From sequence record NC_019526.1: a stretch of DNA of 64,000 bases; one strand, written 5' to 3'. Position numbers and translations under genes: made by a program. Numbering within the stretch: position 1 is the stretch's first letter; each line of letters starts with the position of its first letter. Positions 36,242 to 44,399 of the stretch are shown here, piece after piece. Under the pieces are notes generated by a model, which saw nothing but the letters and a program-made list of their open reading frames with translations, was not told where the DNA came from and searched no databases.

Positions 36242-36898
36242 ATGAATATTAAAACAACAGCAGATAAGTACTGGTTCATTATGAACCATCCAAAATTTGT
36301 AAATAAAAATTACATTGTACCAAAAATCGAAATTGAACCACATAATGTATGTCCACAAACCAACAGAATTGAATCGTATGAATATTTGAATACAAAAGTC
36401 CAGTACTGGATTGAATTTTATATCCCAGTGCAAGAAGATGGGAAATGGGAAATTGCACATGATTACAAACTCGATTGTGGTGGCGACACCATAGATGAAG
36501 CAATTGACTGCTTATATAATTCAGTACTAAATGAATATGGAAATTATACACAAGAAGAACTTGACAAAAAGGAGGATGAAGTATATAATTACAACAAATC
36601 CAAGTTTGGTAGTGCAACAATGTCATATATTTTATCTAAAATTCATGAAGACATGTTTGAATACGTAAATGATAAAATTTTGCCAGATGAAGAAGCGGAA
36701 TGCTATAATCATAACACGGTTGGTTATTATGAAAAAAAAATTAAAGAATTAAAAGGAACTTTAAATTCATTGATCGAATTCAAAAGAAATTCACCAAAAG
36801 AAATGCACAAAGTAATTGACAAAGATATAAAAAACGTAGAACATGACATTTTTGCGAATGAAATGAGTATTAAATTTATGGTGGATTTGGATCTATGA
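36242..36898 (+). CDS. hypothetical protein (218 aa)
   Basis: ORF track. Confidence 0.75.
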   Translation: MNIKTTADKYWFIMNHPKFVNKNYIVPKIEIEPHNVCPQTNRIESYEYLNTKVQYWIEFYIPVQEDGKWEIAHDYKLDCGGDTIDEAIDCLYNSVLNEYGNYTQEELDKKEDEVYNYNKSKFGSATMSYILSKIHEDMFEYVNDKILPDEEAECYNHNTVGYYEKKIKELKGTLNSLIEFKRNSPKEMHKVIDKDIKNVEHDIFANEMSIKFMVDLDL

Positions 36899-37263
36899 AT
36901 AAAGATCTTTCAAAATTAGTTGAAGACCTACGGAATATGCCGAAAATTGAACAAGTTGGTTCGTTTAAACGTTTCTTAGTTATTGCACGTGCATTAGATA
37001 AAAAGGGACGTGTACTCAGTACCAAAACCAATTCATACACACAAACACATCCAGTACAGAAGAAGTTTGCAGTTAGGGCTGGACGGTGTGAAGCTGTATG
37101 GCTCCATGCAGAAATTCGTTGTTTGTTAGCTGCAAGAAAAGATGTTCATACATTACTAATTGCCAGAATTAACAAAGAAGGTCTTCCTGTTCCAGCAAAG
37201 CCATGTTCTGTTTGTGAACTGGCTATAAAAGAATATGGTGTAAAAAGGGTGATTTATACATGA
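36895..37263 (+). CDS. small cytidine-deaminase-fold Zn protein
   Basis: WLHAEIRCL and KPCSVC (HxE...PCxxC). Confidence 0.75.
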   Translation: MNKDLSKLVEDLRNMPKIEQVGSFKRFLVIARALDKKGRVLSTKTNSYTQTHPVQKKFAVRAGRCEAVWLHAEIRCLLAARKDVHTLLIARINKEGLPVPAKPCSVCELAIKEYGVKRVIYT

Positions 37264-37433
37264 AAAATATTTTTAAAAAAGAATATGATGGTGAAAGCCT
37301 TTGCGATGTTCAACGAGATGTTGTTGAAGCATTCAGTACAGTATTCAATCCAGAAATGATTGATATCCCAGTCGATGAATACGGATTTCAGGAAGGTACA
37401 TTTGTTGTAAGTATTAAATGGAAGCCAGAATAA
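37260..37433 (+). CDS. hypothetical protein (57 aa, not in track)
   Basis: ATGA overlap; MKNIFKKEYDGESLCDVQRDV...WKPE*. Confidence 0.6.
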   Translation: MKNIFKKEYDGESLCDVQRDVVEAFSTVFNPEMIDIPVDEYGFQEGTFVVSIKWKPE

Positions 37434-37561
37434 TGCGTGATCTTATTATGTTCTTTTCTGCAATCATAGGATTATGTACTTATTATTTTTCCAATCATTA
37501 TATTATAGCTATGGTATTTGCAATTATATATATTGCACTTTACAGTACTGACGACGAATAA
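37433..37561 (+). CDS. small membrane protein (42 aa, not in track)
   Basis: TAATG overlap; MRDLIMFFSAIIGLC...ALYSTDDE*. Confidence 0.55.
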   Translation: MRDLIMFFSAIIGLCTYYFSNHYIIAMVFAIIYIALYSTDDE

Positions 37562-37584
37562 AAGCACCCTAGTGGTGCTTTTTT
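37561..37584 (+). terminator. intrinsic terminator
   Basis: AAAGCACC-CTAGT-GGTGCTTT-TTT. Confidence 0.8.
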
Positions 37585-37718
37585 CCATTTGTACAAAATA
37601 TAATCTAAGTGACTTTTTATTGATTTAAATCAAGAATAAAATCACCTTTTAGTGATATAATATGTTACGTAGCATTTAAATAAATCTACCACATAATAAA
37701 AAAAATCAAGGAAGAAAA

Positions 37719-39524
37719 ATGAATTCAAATAAATTATATGAAGATATTGAAAATTTTATTAATAATACAAATAAAGATATTACTACTGAAAATGCTAATA
37801 AAGATGCCAAAGTAGTTAATACACATAGAGATTTATTTGCTGGTATCCTTTCTAAACATTACGCCCAAGATACTATCCCAGAAGAATTTATTAAATGGCA
37901 CAATGATGGTTATGGACACTGCCACGATTTAGATTACTGGATCTCACCATTAACAAATTGCTGCCTTATTAATTATCCAGATATGCTTAGAAATGGTTTT
38001 AAAATTGGTAGTGCTAACATTGAAGAACCAAAAAGTTTTTCTGTGGCTTGTACGGTACTAACACAGATTGTGCAAGCGGTTGCAAGTTCACAATATGGTG
38101 GACAATCATTAGCTCACATTGACAAATATTTAGAACCATATGTTCAAATGTCATGGAATAAACTATTAGAAAAACAAAAGAAATATAATTTAAGTACCGA
38201 ATTCATTGAAGACGAATTAAAAAAAGAAGTTTATGATGGGTGTCAAACATTTTTATATCAATTAAACAGTACTGTGTCCGTGTCAGGTCAAACCCCTTTC
38301 ATATCTATTAGTTTAGGTTTAAGTACTACTAAATTTGGACGTTTAATTACTGAACAATATTTAAAAGTTCATGAAAAAGGTTTAGGTAAAGATGGCATTA
38401 CTCCAGTATTTCCGAAAGTTATTTTCTTTTTAGAAGATGGTATTAATACTAATAGTACTGATCCAAATTATGATTTAAAACAACAAGCATTACATTGTAG
38501 TTCTAAAAGAATTTATCCTGATTTCGTTAGTGTTACATTGAATAAAGAAACCACAGGTAGTACTTCTGAAGCTGTTACTCCAATGGGTTGTCGTTCATTC
38601 CTTTCCAAATGGATAAATGAAGATGGTGAAGAGCAATATAATGGCCGCTGCAATTTAGGGGTGGCATCAATCAACCTACCGTTAATCGCTCTTGAAAGTA
38701 CGTCAGACGACGTTTTCTTTGACAAGTTACACCATCACATGGACATGGCATATCGCTTCTTATCGCTTCGTGTCGAGCGTTTAAAAGGCACAAAAGCCCG
38801 ACAGAATCCAGTACTGTACATGTACGGAGCCTTAGCTCGTTTAGATCCAGATGAGACTATTGAGCAACTATTTTACAATGGCAGAAGTTCCATTAGTATT
38901 GGGTATGTTGGTTTATCTGAATGTTCTGAAATTCTTAAAGGAAAAATAGACAAAGATTTTGGATTAAAAGTACTAAAATATATGCAAATGAAATGCAATC
39001 AATATAAAGAAGAAACTAATATCGCATATAGTTTATATGGAACACCAGCCGAAAGTTTGTGTTATAAATTTGCAAAAATTATTAATGAGAAATACCCCTC
39101 TGTATTGAATAGAGATTACATTAGTAATTCATTTCATTATCCAGTTCATTATGATATTTCAATTTTCGATAAATTTCAATATGAAAGTTTATTTGGAAAT
39201 ATCAGTTCAGGTGGTAATATTAGTTATGTTGAAACTCCAAATCTTTCTAATAATTTAAAAGCATTAGAAACTATAGTTGATTATGCCAGTATGAAAGTAC
39301 AATATTTCGGTATCAATCAACCAGTTGACCACTGCTATAAATGTGGATATGATGGTCAGTTCAACGTAGATAAAAATGGATATAATTGCCCACACTGTGG
39401 TAATAATGATGAAAGTACTATATCAGTTATTAGACGTGTTTCAGGTTATCTTGGTGCACCAAATAGTCGCCCATTCAATAAGGGGAAACAAGCCGAAGTG
39501 ATCGAAAGAATTCGTCATATGTAA
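37719..39524 (+). CDS. nrdD: anaerobic (class III) ribonucleotide reductase
   Basis: HCHDLDY, NCCL, QYGGQS, PMGCRS, GRCNLG, Zn site CYKC...CPHC and glycyl-radical RRVSGY. Confidence 0.95.
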   Translation: MNSNKLYEDIENFINNTNKDITTENANKDAKVVNTHRDLFAGILSKHYAQDTIPEEFIKWHNDGYGHCHDLDYWISPLTNCCLINYPDMLRNGFKIGSANIEEPKSFSVACTVLTQIVQAVASSQYGGQSLAHIDKYLEPYVQMSWNKLLEKQKKYNLSTEFIEDELKKEVYDGCQTFLYQLNSTVSVSGQTPFISISLGLSTTKFGRLITEQYLKVHEKGLGKDGITPVFPKVIFFLEDGINTNSTDPNYDLKQQALHCSSKRIYPDFVSVTLNKETTGSTSEAVTPMGCRSFLSKWINEDGEEQYNGRCNLGVASINLPLIALESTSDDVFFDKLHHHMDMAYRFLSLRVERLKGTKARQNPVLYMYGALARLDPDETIEQLFYNGRSSISIGYVGLSECSEILKGKIDKDFGLKVLKYMQMKCNQYKEETNIAYSLYGTPAESLCYKFAKIINEKYPSVLNRDYISNSFHYPVHYDISIFDKFQYESLFGNISSGGNISYVETPNLSNNLKALETIVDYASMKVQYFGINQPVDHCYKCGYDGQFNVDKNGYNCPHCGNNDESTISVIRRVSGYLGAPNSRPFNKGKQAEVIERIRHM

Positions 39525-39599
39525 TCTATATAAAAACGACTAAATGAATAAGTGATAATGTAGAATATAAATGTAATTATCAAAAATAAGGAGTCAATT

Positions 39600-39962
39600 A
39601 TGACAATTAAAGCAAAACAAATTTTATCAGGCGAACATACTGGAACAATCTTTTTACACGATGATGAATATGCACGTATTTTAGTATCAAAAACATTTTC
39701 AGAAGATGATGAAGTATTATTCAGTACTTTTGAAAATGAAGAAATGCGTGAAGTTGATATTCAAGAACAACCAAAAATTGAAGGTGGTCAACATTTAAAT
39801 GTAAATGTATTATCACGTTCTCAATTAGAAGAAGCACAGAAATTTCCTGAAAAATATCCTCAACTTACTATTCGTGTTTCTGGATATGCAGTTCGTTTTA
39901 ATTCTCTTACGAAAGAACAACAAAATGATGTAATTTCACGAACTTTCACTACTAAGTTCTAA
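39600..39962 (+). CDS. grcA: autonomous glycyl radical cofactor
   Basis: [10 protein letters not shown]...[34 protein letters not shown]. Confidence 0.92.
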   Translation: MTIKAKQILSGEHTGTIFLHDDEYARILVSKTFSEDDEVLFSTFENEEMREVDIQEQPKIEGGQHLNVNVLSRSQLEEAQKFPEKYPQLTIRVSGYAVRFNSLTKEQQNDVISRTFTTKF

Positions 39963-39966
39963 TGTA

Positions 39967-40314
39967 ATGTTTTTTGAATATAATGATGAAAATATATATC
40001 CAATCGTGGTTAATAAGTATAAAGAACCATATGATGTATATATTGGAAGAGGTTCAAAATGGGGTAATCCGTTTACTCACATAAAAAATCGTGATACGAA
40101 AGCTGAGTTTATTGTCAATACCAGAGAAGAATCTATTTCAAAATATAGAGAATGGATATTTAATAAAATTGAAAATGGTGAAATTACCATTGATGAGTTA
40201 CTAGAATTATCTGGTAAAAAATTAGGATGTTTTTGTAAGCCTAAATCATGTCATGGTGATGTTCTTGTGGAAATAGTGAGTGCATTATTAGATGAATTAT
40301 CAAACAATAATTAA
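39967..40314 (+). CDS. DUF4326-family protein
   Basis: DVYIGRGSKWGNPF...GKKLGCFCKP...CHGDVL. Confidence 0.85.
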   Translation: MFFEYNDENIYPIVVNKYKEPYDVYIGRGSKWGNPFTHIKNRDTKAEFIVNTREESISKYREWIFNKIENGEITIDELLELSGKKLGCFCKPKSCHGDVLVEIVSALLDELSNNN

Positions 40315-40762
40315 AGATGACTTAATAAATGGGGAGGGAGTTAGATGCTCCCTTTTTGTTTCGGGATGTTCAATGGGTTGTAAAAATTGCTACAATGAAA
40401 AAGCATGGGATTATAGAAGCGGTACTGAATTCGGTACTGAACAAGTCAAACTGATACTAAATGAATTATCTAAATCATATGTATCTGGTTTATCATTACT
40501 TGGTGGCGATCCACTTGCTCTTAAAAATTGCAGTACTGTAATCGAACTATGTAAAGTTGTTAAAGAAAAATACCCAGACAAAACCATTTGGTGTTGGAGT
40601 GGTTTCACACTTGATGAAATTATAAATAATCATGCAGCCTCTATATTAGAATATATTGATGTTCTTGTCGATGGTAAATTTGAAGAAGAACTAAAAGACT
40701 TATCACTTCCATATAGAGGTTCTAGCAATCAACGTATTTTATATAAAGGGAAAGATTTCTAA
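40292..40762 (+). CDS. nrdG: NrdD-activating radical SAM enzyme
   Basis: NGEGVRCSLFVSGC; CxxxCxxC (CSMGCKNC); LLGGDP; RGSSNQ. Confidence 0.93.
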   Translation: MNYQTIIKDDLINGEGVRCSLFVSGCSMGCKNCYNEKAWDYRSGTEFGTEQVKLILNELSKSYVSGLSLLGGDPLALKNCSTVIELCKVVKEKYPDKTIWCWSGFTLDEIINNHAASILEYIDVLVDGKFEEELKDLSLPYRGSSNQRILYKGKDF

Positions 40763-40923
40763 TGAAATATAGTGATTTGATTACTGAAAAAATTCGTAAA
40801 CGTGGTGATAAGTGGGAAGTTACTGACAGTACTGGTAAAAAGGTATTGGGTACACATCCAACACATGAAGAAGCACTTAAACAACTTCGTGCAGTAGAAT
40901 GGTCTAAGCACGGTGGTAAATAA
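40762..40923 (+). CDS. small conserved-type phage protein (53 aa, not in track)
   Basis: TAATG overlap with nrdG; IRKRGDKWEV...KVLGTHPTHEEALKQLRAVEWSK. Confidence 0.7.
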   Translation: MKYSDLITEKIRKRGDKWEVTDSTGKKVLGTHPTHEEALKQLRAVEWSKHGGK

Positions 40924-40924
40924 T

Positions 40925-40951
40925 AAAAGCCTCCATATATGGAGGCTTTTT
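40925..40951. terminator. bidirectional terminator between convergent units
   Basis: AAAAGCCTCCA-TATA-TGGAGGCTTTT. Confidence 0.88.
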
Positions 40952-40954
40952 ATT

Positions 40955-42634
40955 TTATTGGTACCAACCGATATTATTACCAGTATTACCATATATATCT
41001 TTATTATTATTCTGAGTACCTGAATCTAACGCAACTGAATTATTGCTTAATTTTAAGAGTTCTTTAACTTCTTTCATCCCAGAAGGTGGTACCGTCGGTA
41101 TATCATATTTAAATAATGGATTTTGATAAATTATATTAGTTAATGAAACATTAGGTATTTCTGGATTAATACCATTCCATTTTTCTGAATACATTATAGA
41201 ATTTGAAAATTTAAATTTTGATAATAAATTACCAAAATTACTAACATCAATGTCTGAAATTAAATTGGAAGAATCCCTATTTTTCCAATAAAATATACAA
41301 CTATCAACTGTCATTGATGTGGAATTGCTATTGTCATCTGTTTGTGGATTACATGCTAAAATATAATCATTTGATGTGGATACTGTATCAATAAAAACAA
41401 TATTTCTTGCAATATTATTATAACAATATCTGTATGCCGCTGCTTTTTTCCAAAATATATCAGATTTTCTATGAGTCCTGCCAATACCATCATTATATGA
41501 AACTATATATTCATATACATTATCATAACATCCAGCACCATAAGTATAATATAATGTATATGGATCATTACTTAATGGGGTATATCCATGTGATGAATAC
41601 CAACTATTTGAAAATGGACCTTGGATAAACATAAAGGATTTAGCATTATTTGTTGTATACCCCCATCTCATCAAACAATTATTACAATGCCAATCAAAAT
41701 CTAATGCATATCTATCTGGTTTTCCTGGTCCAGAACCATGAACTTCAAAATTTTGCCCGGTTACATAAGCACACATCGTCATCCACAATGGTACATCATA
41801 TCTAGCAGTAGTATACGCATATGGATCAGAGTATGGATTATATACGTTGGTTTTATACGATGAATAATACACCCCATCAAATCCAGATTCCATATCATCA
41901 TTTCTTACGTCTCTATTTTTATTTTTGCTGGCACAACCAGCTAAAAGTATTCCGTAATTAATAATATTGGTGAATGAAACATCTATTACACGAACCCCAT
42001 AACTTTTCTTTTGATCACCCTTATATGTGGTAGGATCTGATAAGTGTGGGTTTCCTCTAACAAAAATACCACAATTAACATGATCACCAATAATATCATG
42101 TATATAAATTTTATGTGCAACATTAGAAGAACCACCATTATCAACTAATAATAAAATCATAGAAATTTCTTTACTTCCAGCAGATCCCCCTATTGATTCA
42201 GGTGTTCCTATAAAGTCCAAATTATAAAATTCCAAATTACATTCATTATTGTTAGAAGGATCACCATATGGTACACCATATAGATATCCTCCCGTAAATA
42301 CGCCCCCAGGAGGTGGTGAAATTTGTAAATCATGAATTGCAACATTCATCATTTTAGCATATAAATGTCTTTTATCAATACCAGTTGAAATCCATATTGG
42401 TTTTTTACCTTCACCATATGAGGTAAAGTGGCATTGTTGATTTGATGTATTATAAAATATAGAACTATTAGTCAAATCTTGATATGACCATTCAATAACA
42501 GTACCTTTTTTAATACTAATAGTATATGGAAATTGAACTCCTGCATTAATTAAATTGCTCATACTATTAAATGGATTAGTTATAGAACCATCACCATTAA
42601 TATTCCTAGATGTGTCAACATAATAAAAATTCAT
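40955..42634 (-). CDS. putative parallel beta-helix polysaccharide depolymerase lacking a virion-anchor domain (559 aa)
   Basis: Minus strand; TAAGGA RBS supports ATG 42634; starts YYVDTSRNINGDGSITNPFNS; G-x-x/N-ladder beta-helix-like texture. Confidence 0.7.
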   Translation of the reverse strand: MNFYYVDTSRNINGDGSITNPFNSMSNLINAGVQFPYTISIKKGTVIEWSYQDLTNSSIFYNTSNQQCHFTSYGEGKKPIWISTGIDKRHLYAKMMNVAIHDLQISPPPGGVFTGGYLYGVPYGDPSNNNECNLEFYNLDFIGTPESIGGSAGSKEISMILLLVDNGGSSNVAHKIYIHDIIGDHVNCGIFVRGNPHLSDPTTYKGDQKKSYGVRVIDVSFTNIINYGILLAGCASKNKNRDVRNDDMESGFDGVYYSSYKTNVYNPYSDPYAYTTARYDVPLWMTMCAYVTGQNFEVHGSGPGKPDRYALDFDWHCNNCLMRWGYTTNNAKSFMFIQGPFSNSWYSSHGYTPLSNDPYTLYYTYGAGCYDNVYEYIVSYNDGIGRTHRKSDIFWKKAAAYRYCYNNIARNIVFIDTVSTSNDYILACNPQTDDNSNSTSMTVDSCIFYWKNRDSSNLISDIDVSNFGNLLSKFKFSNSIMYSEKWNGINPEIPNVSLTNIIYQNPLFKYDIPTVPPSGMKEVKELLKLSNNSVALDSGTQNNNKDIYGNTGNNIGWYQ

Positions 42635-42644
42635 ATATATTTCC

Positions 42645-44387
42645 TTATAATAATGTAGTATGAACATCAAGCCAACTGCTAGATGGTATATCAACTAGAT
42701 TTCCTAATGTTTGTGAAACGGTTGAACCAGTGACGGTATAAATTATATTCCTAACTTCAATTGTTATTAAATTATTTGTATCAGAAATAATAGTAGCAAC
42801 CAATTGTTGTAATCCACCATTGGTGGTTTGTAACGGGTTTTTAATCTTCCACAAATTACTAGCAGTACCAGTAGTTGCACCAGATATAGTATAAGTACCA
42901 GTTGCTGTTTTATTTACGGTTATCAACCCCAATCCAGCATAACCCCTATTAATTGCTGAATATTGATCATTTTGAATAAAACCATCCCTAACTGGACTTT
43001 TAGTTGATGATGATATTCCATTACAAATTCTCACAACCGCCCCAGTAGTTTTTACAACCTCACCTGAATTTGTAGGAACATATGTATTTGATGTTAATGA
43101 TTTAGCAGTATTAACATAAACAATCCCAGTTGGTTCAGTGGATGAATATGAATTTTCATTTTTGTTTATTATTACTTTATCTTTACCATCAGACGATTTT
43201 TTCGATATTCTTATAGGTATCAACGTGGCACCTTCATTTCTAGTTGCCAATTTTGCATATACTATAAGTTTTCCATTAATATTATCATAGACATACCCAA
43301 ATGATGGTAAATTTGTAGTAGTATACCTATAATCACTATCATCTCTTAAATTTGTTACTCGCAATACATGTTTGTTAGTTGCAGTTGTTAGTGATGAAAC
43401 AAAAACATCATTACACTCAATCAAGTACGTGTAAATAGATTCTGATAACGGGCCGCCCACGGTGTATAATCCTGTAAAATTCGGACCAGAATTACTAATA
43501 CCAGTATTAACTGTAAATAATTCTACCCACATCGTTGATGAATTTTGATCAGTTGGATTTATCATTCCTTGTAACATTGGTTCAATTATATCTTGGGTGG
43601 TGACAACTCTTGGAGATACAATTTTGGAATCTTCATATGGTGATGAAAAATTAGTATATTGGCCCGGTCCAGCAATATACATATCAGATGAACCAGACTG
43701 TGTTGGTATGAAAATTAAGCTAGAATGCAGTGAATCATCTTCTGCACCTGCAAATGGTATTCTTAATATATTACCATTTAAACCATTTTCTCCTTGACCA
43801 TATAATTCACTATATGGTAAAGATAATCTAGATCCGGTGGTGATGTTATCTTTAACTGCATATGTTTGAATTCTTCCTCTTTCATCAATAATAATAGTAC
43901 CTTTATTCGAATCTCCACCAAATGTTATTCCCGCTATTCCTTTTGGATCTGCAAATCCAGATAAAATATCATATTGCCCACGCTGTTTAATTCGATCATA
44001 CACAGAACCATAGGAACTTCCAACTAATGATAATCCTTCAGCATTAAAAAATCCACCAATCTTGGTATAACCATCTGGATCGGTTATAATTTTGGTTTCT
44101 AAAAATAATCCCAAATAAATTTGTTTAATATAATAAGTATTAATATTTGTTTGTATTGTCATCGTTTCATCTTGTATAAACCAGTCATCAATCAAACCAG
44201 TTTCATCACCATTTAGTTTCCAAACAGTTTCAGTACTGGAATCATATAGATATTTTAGACCAGTAACATCAAGACCATCTTCTAAATATTTTACTTCTGA
44301 AATCTTAACTCCATTAATTCTAGCTATACTTTGTATATTAGTTTCTTTTGAAACTGAACCTTTGGGTTGGATTAAATTATTTGACAT
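42645..44387 (-). CDS. tail fibre/spike protein (580 aa), QPKGSVSKE-type anchor
   Basis: Minus strand; N-terminus MSNNLIQPKGSVSKETN shared with three other spike genes. Confidence 0.85.
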   Translation of the reverse strand: MSNNLIQPKGSVSKETNIQSIARINGVKISEVKYLEDGLDVTGLKYLYDSSTETVWKLNGDETGLIDDWFIQDETMTIQTNINTYYIKQIYLGLFLETKIITDPDGYTKIGGFFNAEGLSLVGSSYGSVYDRIKQRGQYDILSGFADPKGIAGITFGGDSNKGTIIIDERGRIQTYAVKDNITTGSRLSLPYSELYGQGENGLNGNILRIPFAGAEDDSLHSSLIFIPTQSGSSDMYIAGPGQYTNFSSPYEDSKIVSPRVVTTQDIIEPMLQGMINPTDQNSSTMWVELFTVNTGISNSGPNFTGLYTVGGPLSESIYTYLIECNDVFVSSLTTATNKHVLRVTNLRDDSDYRYTTTNLPSFGYVYDNINGKLIVYAKLATRNEGATLIPIRISKKSSDGKDKVIINKNENSYSSTEPTGIVYVNTAKSLTSNTYVPTNSGEVVKTTGAVVRICNGISSSTKSPVRDGFIQNDQYSAINRGYAGLGLITVNKTATGTYTISGATTGTASNLWKIKNPLQTTNGGLQQLVATIISDTNNLITIEVRNIIYTVTGSTVSQTLGNLVDIPSSSWLDVHTTLL

Positions 44388-44399
44388 ATTGTCCTCGTT

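Noticed and set aside
14403-36739. Other homopolymer runs (T run near 14403, A9 near 36732) as frameshift sites
   Set aside because: Both ORFs remain open through them with no orphan downstream frame.
37585-37718. NrdR box upstream of nrdD
   Set aside because: No convincing match to the 16-bp NrdR palindrome; only an extended -10 (TG-A-TATAAT, 37653-37661) is visible.
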